This document shows positions 11,560 through 22,150 of a DNA stretch of 64,000 nucleotides, piece after piece (position 1 is the stretch's first letter; every line of letters starts with the position of its first letter). The translations under genes and the position numbers were made by a program. The notes under the pieces are model-generated. The model was given only the letters and a program-made list of their open reading frames with translations, made no database searches and was not told the DNA's origin. The stretch is taken from NCBI RefSeq assembly GCF_000143415.4, contig NW_003314277.1, positions 569,183-633,182 of the forward strand, read 5' to 3'. The DNA comes from Selaginella moellendorffii (taxonomy: Eukaryota; Plantae; Lycopodiophyta).

Positions 11560-12026
11560 CACCACCGAGTTGAACGATCCATCTGATCCTTGCGAGTGGA
11601 GGCTTCGATTTGCTCTTCGGTCCCTGGAGGTGAAAGGTGGCGGCGTCCAGTGATCGGTGAAGCGGCTACTCAAGCGGATGAATCTCGCGGACTCGCATGC
11701 TTGCCGGACTATTGCTTCGTGGAGCGCTACTCGTCGAGTGGGAAGGCTTTCAGCTCGCGGACATGATTCTGCGGGTGACCACGACGAGAAGTTGCTGGTC
11801 CGAGATCGACGAAGTTGTTCGAGAGCTGGATGATTTGCATGACAAGCGGAAGCTGCCGCGCCCCGAGCAGTACAAGCTCGTTACGTTGTTCCCGAGTCAA
11901 TATTTGAGGGATTCACGTACCAGTTCTTTGAGGAAGACAATGGAGCTGTGTCTGAGCGACGAGTTGCAGGGATGGATACATGATGACGGTTCCATCGTAG
12001 TTCGTCTTGAGTTTCAGCATGAATGA
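11560..12026 (+). pseudogene. Degenerate Crinkler/RHS-type REase-domain paralog (copy A)
   Basis: DMILRVTTTRSCWSEIDEVVRELDDLHDKRKLPRPEQYKLV aligns with DVILQVTT...WSKIHELVQGLDELHDKLKLVRPKQYKLI of the ORF at 20396. Confidence 0.6.
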
Positions 12027-12106
12027 GTGAAAATCCAGATGTAAACTATGAACTTTACCTTGCAAATCATGAAGTTTGCTCTTCTCGTACAAGAATCCAA
12101 CAATGG

Positions 12107-12250
12107 GATAGAAGTAATCAAGAATCTAACAATGAAAAAGAAGTTTCAGCACGTCCCACAGGCATGCTTCAGAGCTGTAGCAAAAATGATAGAAGTAATC
12201 AAGAATCCAACAATGAGAAGGAAGTTTCAGCATGTCCCACAGGTATGATT
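12107..12250 (+). repeat. 81-bp tandem repeat (~1.8 copies, with partial copies flanking); duplicated at ~26033-26175
   Basis: GATAGAAGTAATCAAGAATC...GTCCCACAGG starts at 12107 and again at 12188. Confidence 0.75.
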
Positions 12251-12569
12251 TAGGAAACATAGAGCTCTGAACTTTGTAATATTCTCGTCCTGCCAAGCAC
12301 AAGAATCCAACAATGAGAAGGAAGTAATTAAACCAACCATAAGAAGTAGCATAACTTTCCGCCTTTAATACTCAGTTTAATTTAGAGAAGATCTATGATT
12401 CAAAAAATCTTGACGTAAACAAGGTAGATTCGTTTTTCTTAATGGAGGGAGCTTAAACCCTAGTTCTTTCAAGCTTGCGAGCGACGGCGATGATGCTCTG
12501 CCTCGCTCGGGCACCGAAATCTCTCCCTCTCGGCCGCACACCGATCCGGAGATGATGTGGTGTCGATGA

Positions 12570-14428
12570 TGATCCAGAAGCACCAGGCAGATCACGGTCT
12601 CAGCCCTAGCGCCAACCAGGATTGCGAATCTCCGCCCAGGATCGCTCGCCAGAGGCTGTGTTCTCCATGGAGTGCTCATTGCGGATACGCTCAAGCTCGA
12701 GGATAGCGTCCAGGTACTCACTACGCTCAGGGATTCCAGCGGCGACGAGGTTCTTCTAGCGATCAAGCATGCAGTGGGCAGCGACGCCACATCCGAGCAA
12801 GTCCGAGCGAAATATCCGAGAGTGGCCGTCAAGGAGCCGATGCTCCAGAAGCAAGAGGGTTCTTCCTTCACCTCGTTGGACAACCGTGGAGGTGATCTCC
12901 TACCTCAGCGACGAGCAGCTGGAGCGATTCAGAGGTATGGCCGCCGCGGCGCTGCGATTGGAAGGCAACAAGCTCTTCCAAGATGGCAGCTTTGAGGCTA
13001 CCGCCCAAGCCTCGGCGAAATGCGACCTCCAGCGAGATCGAGTACTTGCACTGTCGAACAAGGCCGAGTGCTTCCTCAAGCTGGGACGATTTGGGCAGTG
13101 TGTGGATGCCGCAAGTGCTGCTCTCTCCGTGGATCCCTGCCATCTCAAGAGTATGTACCAGAAAGCTTTGGCGCTGCTCAAGCTCCATCTCTACGACTGG
13201 TCATGCAAGCTTTTGGGTGACATTCTTGGGGTGGACAAGGCAATCGATTGACTGCACCAGAGATGCAACAAGCTTGCCATCCAGCGCCGCGACAGGAGCA
13301 GCATCATGGCAGAGATTTGTGACTTTGTCCGGGCCTGGAGTGAAGGAGAGGAACTTCCGGTTGCGGACAACTTTTGCAAAGTGGAAGTAAGAAAATGCGA
13401 AGATCAGAGCAAGGGACGAGGCCGGGGACTCTTTACAACGACAAGCATCAAGAAGGCGAGCTCGTTCTTGTCAGCAACTCGCCAGCCTTTGAGCGAGGTG
13501 GTTACAGATCCATTTGCGATAGAAACACTGCAGTCTGGCTGCTCGACATGGCCATGAAGTCTCCGCGAGCATACAAGCTGATGCTTGCGAGGTCGCAGGG
13601 AACGAGCGTGAAGTTCCCGCAATGGAGATTTTCCAGCCAGACTGGGCCACGCCGAAGAACTGCAGCACCGACAGTAGCAGGGAAGCTCTCCAAGGGATTA
13701 CGGTCGAGAGATTTTTCGAAATGGTCAGCCAAGCTTCCTTCAATCCTAAGGTGCAGCTGCCTAAGCCAGAACGAGCCGACGGTACGCTTGCTCTACGTCG
13801 CTACTTGGTTCGTCCCCCGCTTCATCAACCACTCCTGTGTTGGGAACGTTTCCCAGAGGGTGTTTGGCACCACGGCGTGCTACTTTGCCACCCGAGACAT
13901 CACTCGGGTTCTGCTTCATCATCGGCGGCCATCCTTACAGGCGGACGAGGCTCTCCTTCGAGGATCTCGCGCAGGGGACTGGCTTCTACAGGGACTTGGC
14001 CGAGGCAAACTTTGAGTTTCCGTTCAAGGGAGGGATCAGTCCGGCCTGGATGGTGGTGAAGCTGGAGCAAGTGTTTTCGACAAAGCTCCAGGATGAGGAG
14101 GAGAGGCAGTGCGTGAGAGCGATCCACTGGTCGCTCTACCTGTGGACTACCAGCAGGTGGAGGTTGGAAACGTGGTGGCGCTGCCGGAGGGGATTATGTT
14201 CCAGCGGGAGAGGTGATTATGGAGGCGATGCACAAGCTCACGGCTGGCAACGATGGCAACGAGAGTTACCTGGAGACGATGGCAGACTACGCACGGGACA
14301 AGGAAGCGGCAAAGAGGGCGATGGAGATGGAGTGGGAGGTGAGGTTTGGGAAGCAGGAGGACGCTTGCGTTGCCAAGGCCATCTACGAGAGAGGTATGGA
14401 CTCGTTGCTCAAGCCCTGGACCCTCTGA
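12570..14428 (+). pseudogene. TPR + SET domain gene, frameshifted (copy A)
   Basis: TPR motifs LRLEGNKLFQ and ALSNKAECFLKLG...KALALLKL; SET motifs GRGRGLFTT..IKKGEL, FINHSC..N and FATRDI. These fall in different frames, and there is an in-frame stop at 13249-13251. Confidence 0.8.
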
Positions 14429-15152
14429 GTGAGCTTGTTTTTCTGGAGTGTTTTCGTCCTATTTCTTCTTCTTTTTCTACTACTACTCACTACTTCTCTT
14501 TCTTCTCTTCTGCTGTCTCCTCCTACTACTACCTTAACCACTCGGCCAAAGCGACACTTTCATGAAACCGCTCTTTTCACAAAGCAATCCACGAAAGAAG
14601 GGATTGGTGAGCGAGCGAGCAATCTAGTCAAGTATGCTTGAATTATACTGTTATACTACTGATTTCTAGAATTATATTTCATCAAACTAATCTAACAGCA
14701 TTCAATTAGACACTTCGAAGAAATACGCCCATAATACAACAAGAAAAAAGCTTGTGTTATAACAAAAGAATGAAGAGAAAATAGAAAAATAATTTTTGAA
14801 GCAATCTATTTCATATAGTCAATTATACCTTACGAATGTATGCTCACATTATTTCCGCACTATATAATTTAACCTTTGTGAACTGTCCCCTTCATACTCA
14901 TGTTATGGTATTTGGCAATATCGCATAATAAAACCCTAATTTGTCATACTTATTTCTTACATAAAAGAAGTTAAAGAAATGCACGGAAAAGCAGGCTGGC
15001 CCCGGACAGCTAGACTAGAAAATCAACGCGGAAACACGAAGCGAGCTATGCATTTTTGTCTGTCAGAAAAATTAACATATGTTAGCTCAAAACAGAAGTG
15101 ATGAAGATTTACCTGGAGAATCCCCTTGTTGCTGAAAACTTTTCTCATCATG

Positions 15153-17025
15153 TTACTGACGTAGATTTTTCTCTAATTTGAAGTAGATGAGGATGGCTAG
15201 TGCAACCACTGCTAATCCAATAAACACAGTGAACTCCTGGAAGACTATCCAGTTTGGAGTAACTTCAACTGTGGATGTCGTTGTCACTAGGAATGCTATG
15301 TTATGATTGAGCTGGAGAATTGTCTCAGCAGTGGCAAGGGAAGGTTCCTTCTCGAGGTCCTTTATGCTGAAGTAGAGACCTGGCAAGCTTCCTGCCACTG
15401 AACCAGCAATGAACACTGTCCGCCCCAAAGTTCTGATTAGTGGACGGTAGCCTGGCTTTCCGGCCAACTTAAGTTGATCGAGTTGGCGAAATAATGAATC
15501 TTCCCACTCTAAGAGAGTCCTGCTCAAGGAGCCAGCACAAATTCCCAGCAATGCAATGACAAATGTCATAAAAGACGTATAAACTTGTGTTCGACGAGAA
15601 GATGCATCTTTCCAATACTGCTCTCCAAAACGATGAACGTTGCTCACTTTCAACAAGTCATTGAGAACTTCTTGGACTCTCTCGTTGTCATGTCTAGACA
15701 ATTGTTTGAAACATGGTGGTGAATCCACCTTAACCAAGAAAATAAAACATCAGCCTTCAGAAAAAAAAAGTCATAGTATCGAACTCACCTTGAATTCTTC
15801 GTTCCCACAGGTGATGTCCCTTCCTTGTGTCTTCTTCAACAGAAAATCTTTGATGACAGTGCCGCCCACCTTGTTGGCTTGCATACCAGAATACTTGCCG
15901 ACGAACGAAACTTGGCAACCCGTCACGTTTCTTGTACAAGCATTCAATAGAACTTCTTCACTTAGCTCTTGGTCTCCTTCTAACGTTGTCTCAATGCATG
16001 TTGTCATCTGCTCCATCCCACTCAGGACACCTTCTGTGAGGTTCGCGAGGCTGGCGCCAATGGGAAGAGAGTCATTAAAACGAATTTGGAGTTTCACCGG
16101 GAGGTCAAATTTGATGCTGTAAGATCCAAGAACGATGGTATGTTCATCTGTCATACGATCCCAGTCCCAAAATGATCGAGATGTCTCACACTGAGAAGTG
16201 TTGAAGGCGAAGGAAACATCTTGGCCTTGCGTCAAGTTGTATCCAATTATGCAAACTTGGCGAAGGCAGGCGCACTGTAAGAATGGATAAGACAAGTAAG
16301 AAATAACATCCGGCATGTAGTTGATGGGAACAGATAAGTTGCATTCTCTAATATCATTGCTGTAGTAAGACCATGATAGGGAATTTTCTCCTGGCTAATC
16401 CCCGTGGATATGTTGGACCTCGCACTGCTAGCAAAGTTGCTCAAATAAAATCCAGACTTGGTGAAAACTGGATGCGTGAGGTTGGAAGATAGCATAGCGA
16501 AAGGTACTTTCCTGAGAAGTAAGCCAAGAGCCGGCGTACCGCTGGTTTTGTCCACTGGGACTATAGGTGCAGTGACCTTGCAGCGTCCGACAGCAGACAC
16601 CCTCTTATCATTTTTGCACAGGCGTAAGTTTATTCCCCAGTGAATCGCCATTTTCCAGATCAGACTACCATGCTGGCGAATGACTCCTCCATACAAGTGT
16701 GGATCAGGCGCTTCTACAGTTTTGTTGTTGCTTCTCCAAACCCGCCATGCACTGAGCTTTTGATAAGCAGCAGCAACCTCCGTCATGCTAATACCGGTAG
16801 AATTTTGAGTTCCATACACGAGTGCTGATGCAATGGAGGTGCTTGTGGCCCATTTGTAGAAGGGGTCGTTTGTTGTCGCAAACACGTTGGTTTCCCAACA
16901 AGTTGTACCTGTCTGTTTGATGAGATCAGAATAGAACCCACCTTCTGGCTTCTTTTTGTTCACACATAACGAGAAGACTAGCAGCACAGCTGTTGCAACT
17001 ACAATGGCAAATATGAAAATTGCAA
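15153..17025 (-). pseudogene. Disrupted copy A of the multi-pass membrane protein gene at 28557-30546
   Basis: The start-codon region is deleted at ~17022, and a 10-nt deletion near 16375 shifts the frame relative to copy B. Confidence 0.8.
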
Positions 17026-17566
17026 ATGATTCTTTCCACTGCCAGTGCCATCAGTTTTGGGTAATTTGAAAAAACAGTAATGCCTATGTGATTTGGAGGG
17101 ACAACTTTTCCTCGATATTGGATTTGTCGCTCTAATGCATTTTTCCTATATTCTCCGGTACCTCCCAGAGGTGTCTCATTTGTCCATGGCTTCGTCCCCC
17201 ATAAGTTCGCTCAAATAAAACATGGGCTCAGAATCGGGACTTGATTTCTTGTTAACACGGTAAGTGGAAAGTGAGTGAAGGTTCACATGAATCTATTCAT
17301 TTATCTGACTTCCACTCCGAAAGTTATTCTCCTCTGAGGTTACTGTCACGTCGGCCCTTTATCAGTGTTTAGAAAAAGGAGAAGGTAGAGGACAAAAATT
17401 GCCCTTGAATTAGAGCTTCATACCATCCCTGCCGAACTTTAATAAAAATTCTTCCGTAGTCTCAGAGATGGAAACAAGAACCTTTCGTACTCGGCTTTAC
17501 CAGTGTGAGCTAGCACGCACTCCCGTGTAGACTATATAAAACTGGGAAGACTCTCCAATGCACACC

Positions 17567-17718
17567 ATGGCATCGTCCACATGTATTCTGGTTGCCTGTC
17601 TTGTTGTTGTCCATATGACGGTTTGCTCTCATGCAGTAACTTGTTCCAATTGCAAAGCGGACCTCCAAGAGAAGCCTGATTGGATGACCGTGGATCAATT
17701 CTGCGGCATTTTCCAGCG
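17567..17718 (+). pseudogene. 5'-only stub of the acid-phosphatase-like gene (copy A)
   Basis: Same MASSTCILVACL...FCGIFQR N-terminus as 31203, then an abrupt switch to unrelated sequence. Confidence 0.85.
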
Positions 17719-18116
17719 TCCTGCAAGAAGAAAACAGCTGGGGAATCTAAGAAATTTCCAATGAAGAAATGCAGGCCAACAACACAGAAAAACACCAGGA
17801 AGGATTGTAAAACAAGGTATTAGAAGGGAAAACAATAGACCATAGTCGATGAAAGAAAGAAAAAGAACAGTGGGTGGACGACGTAGAGACTAGAAACCTA
17901 GTAAACTATGTTCGATAAAAAAAGGAAACGAATAGTGTAACGAACTATGATCGATGAAAAAAAGGAAAAGACCAGTGGAGTGGACGACATGGAGACTAGA
18001 AAGCGAGTAAACTATGATAAAACTCACACCCGAGATACTCGTAGACTTAAAACAAAACGAATGCTAGCAATCTAGGAGTGCGTGAACTATATAAAAAAAT
18101 AGAACAAGAAAAAAAC
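17716..18116 (+). repeat. Diverged copy of intron 1 of the tocopherol-cyclase-like gene (5621-5952)
   Basis: GCGTCCTGCAAGAAGAAAACAGC, GAGACTAGAAAG..AGTAAACTATGA and CTCACACCCGAGATACTCGTAGACTTAAAAC are shared. Confidence 0.85.
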
Positions 18117-18175
18117 GATTATTGTCGGACGCCTGTACGTATGCTTGGCGTATTTGAATCCACCATATACGAGCT

Positions 18176-18276
18176 TATGGATAATGGATCATATCAGCTG
18201 CGTCCCTGACTGTCTCAGCACCCTGCTGCTCCACTTGGATCTTGAACTTCTCTTCCAGTGCCATGACAATCTCGAC
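18176..18276 (-). pseudogene. Isolated last exon of an acyl carrier protein
   Basis: After a CAG acceptor: VEIVMALEEKFKIQVEQQGAETVRDAADMI. No upstream exons are visible. Confidence 0.75.
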
Positions 18277-18572
18277 CTGTATTTACAATATCATATTCAT
18301 CTTAGAAGGACGTAATTACGTCTTTCTATCCAATATATATGCCTCAAAGTCAACATATATTGCTACGGTTTAGATAATGATGGTTGTTGAGACACAGAAG
18401 TGGAAAAAGTCTTCCACCCCTATCGTTTATCTACCGGTGCCAGAAGCTCTTGCGTATGAACGCAAAATATATTGCTTTTCAGAATATATCGCCAACTTCA
18501 AACATCATTCATCACATTCATCGTCGCTATCGTCATCGTATGTGAGCTCCTTCAACTCGCAGCCCTGTGCTC

Positions 18573-18815
18573 CTAGAATTGGAAAACTTTACCGACAAAG
18601 TTGTGCTTCCTGAATGCCTCGCAAGTGTTTTGTACTTGTTCGATGCACGGAGAAAAGGAGCAGCACGAAGCATTGGGCCGGAGACAGTTTAGCACCGATT
18701 CAACAGCCAGCCATGGCTGCGGCAAGTCGAGGAAAATTGGCCTGTAAGCTCTTCCGGAAATCCCTATCTCGAACACCAACAGTCACGTTTGCGATTGTTC
18801 TCAAAGTCCTTCCTA
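18573..18815 (-). pseudogene. Fragment of tRNA m1A58 methyltransferase catalytic subunit (TRM61/GCD14-like)
   Basis: VTVGVRD / GFPEELTG / IFLDLPQPWLAV...CSFSPCIEQVQNTCE, read across frameshifts. Confidence 0.75.
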
Positions 18816-19189
18816 CCGAAAAAAACAAAACGTTGTTAGGATACTAGAGAAGAAAAAAAGAAAAAAAAAGGAATACTGTCACACAAGAATAGACTAGACT
18901 AAACCAAAGAACTATCTGAATAGAGAGAAAAAAGGAGAGAAAAGAAACTTGAGAAACTCGAGGTTCGAGACGCAGGAAGTTAAGTCTGGAAAAAATCTTG
19001 AAGATGGCAGTAAGTTTCGAAAGGAAAGACGATGCTATCAGACAGTGCTAGAATCGTGCAAAAGACTGTCACTCACTAGACTAAGCCGGAACAAAAGACG
19101 CAAAGAACGGCATGCGCTCGCTTGGATCGGACTTGACAGGAACTTCGCGAGCTTCTCAGCCTGTAGTCGAAAGGTGGCAGCGGTGTCCT

Positions 19190-19520
19190 GCACTTGAGCG
19201 TGAGGATACCTGCAATGGGTACTCCACAACGGCTCTGGAGCTCGACCAACCGGACGCTCTCGACCAGGCTCGAGAGCTCCACACAAGATTTTTCCCTGGA
19301 GCTGCTGCAGCTGGAGATGTTCCTGAAGCTACTGCTCTCGTCAACATGTATGGGAGATGTGGGGAGCGTGAGCGATGTCAAGATCGTCTTGATGAGATGG
19401 AGCACAGGAAAATCACCCTGGTTACGTACTCGTTGAACCAGCAGTGCCTGGAAGCTCTTCGTTTCTTTCGGACCATGCTACTCGAAGGCGTCAGGCTTGA
19501 TAGCTTCATGTGCCTCAAAT
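19190..19520 (+). pseudogene. Degenerate PPR fragment
   Basis: ARELHTR...ATALVNMYGRCG...EALRFFRTMLLEGVRLD. Confidence 0.7.
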
Positions 19521-19540
19521 CGCTGGAGAAGAAGTTGGCT

Positions 19541-19830
19541 AAGTATCAGTCGAGAAGAAGAGAAAGAAAGAAAAAACCAATGGAAGACTTACATCGGCTC
19601 CAGTGCGATGAGCAGCATCGAGAATTGAAGTAGTGGAGTAGGCTGGACCGATAAACACTGCTTCATTGGCTCGATGGACGTGTAGCGAATTTCGAGCAGC
19701 AATACCGCCACCATTTTTAATCCCAGGCTATGTGCAGTCTTGATGATCTGGCACGCAATCTCGCCCCTGTTCGCGATCAGGATCTTCTCGATCGGAGATT
19801 TCTCCGTGGGAGGCACTTGAGAGAAAGGAT
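19541..19830 (-). pseudogene. Third, 5'-only MCCA fragment
   Basis: [26 protein letters not shown] with internal deletions; matches ~10560-10865. Confidence 0.85.
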
Positions 19831-20395
19831 ACCTTGCCTGTTGGATACTTATCTTGCTATCTGAGTTAAGTTCCTTGCCAAGCAGTAAAAACATGCTCAA
19901 CACTCAGCTGTTCATATCAGTCACAGAAAGATCTTTTGCAATGTGGAATGACTAAGGTTCAAATGATATAATGCCTCCCCTCGTTGCTTTGGCCAAGAAA
20001 AACTTGCCATGAACCCCTAAACTTTTGTAAAGGTTTGGTAGTCTCACTCTTTGCAGTTGGAAATGCCGAAGAGCTTACATTTCTCACTAATAAAAACGAA
20101 CAAAATAAAAAAAGTCATATGAGTAACACATGAATGGCAACAAATAATAAGCTGTATAGCAAGGTGATTTTTTCCATCTATGTAAAGCTGCTAGAAAAAT
20201 AAAAACAAACAAACAAGAAATGGAGCAATCCATAAAAAACTGAAAGCCCATGTTTTGTCTAACAGCAAAAAAAAAACGCTTAATAACTTTTTTGGAGTTA
20301 AATCTAGTATTCTGAAATTATAAAGTTCTTTCTGATTTGGCTAGAATAATTGTTTAGATTTATTGACACAATGTGATTAGACTTATGATACACAC

Positions 20396-20833
20396 ATGTG
20401 CGTGGGGTCTGGTTTCAACGTTTACTCCAAGGACGTGAGTCCTGTGGACGCTTATCGTGCGGGGGCGGAGGAATCACGGGGCCTTGCAGGCTTGCCTGAC
20501 AATTGCTTCGTGGAGCCTTACGCGTCAAACGAGAAATCTTTCGACTCGTTGGTCACTCCGGACGTAATTCTCCAGGTTACAACATCAGCCACGCATCCAG
20601 TCTATTGGTCCAAGATCCACGAGCTCGTTCAGGGGTTGGATGAGTTGCATGACAAGCTCAAGCTGGTGCGTCCCAAGCAGTACAAACTCATCTACGTCGT
20701 TCCCAAGCCTAGCTTTCAGGGATACACGTACCAGGGCTTCAAGAAAGACGATGCATCCATGTATCAGAGAGATGTTGCCGGGATGGACAGGGTTCATCAG
20801 TATGTGATGACTGTTCCATGGAGTTTGTATTAA
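20396..20833 (+). CDS. Crinkler/RHS-like restriction-endonuclease-fold domain ORF (145 aa; standalone or 5'-truncated)
   Basis: P..SNEKSFDSL...ILQVTTSATHPV...LIYVVP..SFQ.Y.YQ...VHQYVMTV matches the CRN/RHS C-terminal pattern P..NF..iD..fQvTvs..Hp..lyFVVP..f..Q..Qyvl as I recall it. Confidence 0.6.
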   Translation: MCVGSGFNVYSKDVSPVDAYRAGAEESRGLAGLPDNCFVEPYASNEKSFDSLVTPDVILQVTTSATHPVYWSKIHELVQGLDELHDKLKLVRPKQYKLIYVVPKPSFQGYTYQGFKKDDASMYQRDVAGMDRVHQYVMTVPWSLY

Positions 20834-21036
20834 GCTCTTCAAAAGTGACTAAAACAGAAATCCGGTGGCTCTTGTTGCAAACGAATCAAAGTTTAAACTA
20901 AAACTTCCGCTCGCGTTACCTTTGCTAAGAACTTCATACTAAAGATCTCCAGGAGTGAGCCAGAGGTTACCACTTACATCATCTGTAACAATCGAACGAT
21001 GATCTAAAAGCCTCTTTTTTCTTCCAATGCCGCGCG

Positions 21037-22150
21037 ATGTTGTTGCGATTGAATCCAGAGCTCAAGGAGCCTCCACCAGTAGCAGCGAGAAAGACCCACG
21101 CGCTGGATCCCAAGCGCGTCCACTTCTTCAAGTCCATGCTCAAGCTCCACGGTGACGCCAAGAACCTGGACGCCGGGCGAGCGGTGATCACCAGCGGCTA
21201 CCACCGCGACCGCTACCTCTGCAACCTCCTCATCCAGATGTATGGCCGCTGCCGCAGCGTCCACGACGCCATCGCCGTCTTCCACACCGTGAGCCGCAAG
21301 AACGTCTTCACGTGGACCATCCTCATCGTCGCTCACACCCACAACGGCCTCTTCTTCGAGGCCGTGGAGCTCTTCCGCGAGATGGACGTCCACGGCGTCC
21401 AGTCCGACGAGTTCACCTTCTCCGCCATCCTGGAAGCCTGCTCCAACCTCGGCCTCGCCTTCCTCTCGCTCGGCAAGACCATCCATTCGAGAATCCACCA
21501 GCAGGGCCTCAAACTCACGTCCGTCCTGGCGACTTCGCTCATCAGCATGTATGGCCGGTGTGGCTGCGTCAACCCGGCCGTGAAGATCTTCCACAGCCTC
21601 GAGAACCCGACGGTGATATGCTCCACTGCCATGATCGACGCGTATGCCCAGAACGGGCATATCGAACAGGCTGCGGAGATCTTCGAGAGAATGCAGCTCC
21701 AAGGCCTGGATCCCGACTTGATCGCCTGGACTGCGATGATGACGGCGTATAACCAGCTCGGGCATGCCAGAGAGGCGCTGCTTCTCTTCCGGAAGATGGA
21801 CCTCCAAGGTCTCTTGCCGGACAGGTTTGCATTCGTCGCTGCTATTGATGCTTGCTCTAGCATCCCGTCACTGGAGCAAGGCACTGTCCTCCACTCTCGC
21901 TTGCTAGCCTCGTCGGTGGAATGCGATGGTGTCGTCGGGAACGCGCTGCTAAACTTCTACGCCAAGGCGGGGCTTGTTCACGAGTCGAGGAGCCTCTTCT
22001 CGAGCATGAAAGTGAAGAACGTCGTTGTCCTTGGAACTAGCCTCGTCAACATGTACAGCAAATGTGGAAGAAGCGGAAGAAGTCTTCAAGAGGATGCCCA
22101 CGAAAGATAAAATCTCGTGGACTGCCATGGTGACTGCCTACGCTCAAAAC
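21037..22150 (+). pseudogene. PLS-class PPR gene, frameshifted near 22065 and truncated by the duplication junction
   Basis: 357-aa PPR ORF. The next motif, KISWTAMVTAYAQNHG, is in another frame and runs directly into MCCA antisense sequence. Confidence 0.82.

Larger units (their letters stand above)
8204..17718 (+). repeat. Segmental duplication copy A (paralogous to 22150-31354)
   Basis: Collinear, highly similar sequence from CCATGGGAGAAGCGACG to GGCATTTTCCAGCG in both copies. Confidence 0.93.

Noticed and set aside
12023-12330. CRISPR-like array or repeat-peptide gene
   Set aside because: Fewer than three full units, no unique spacers, eukaryotic context and no signal peptide.
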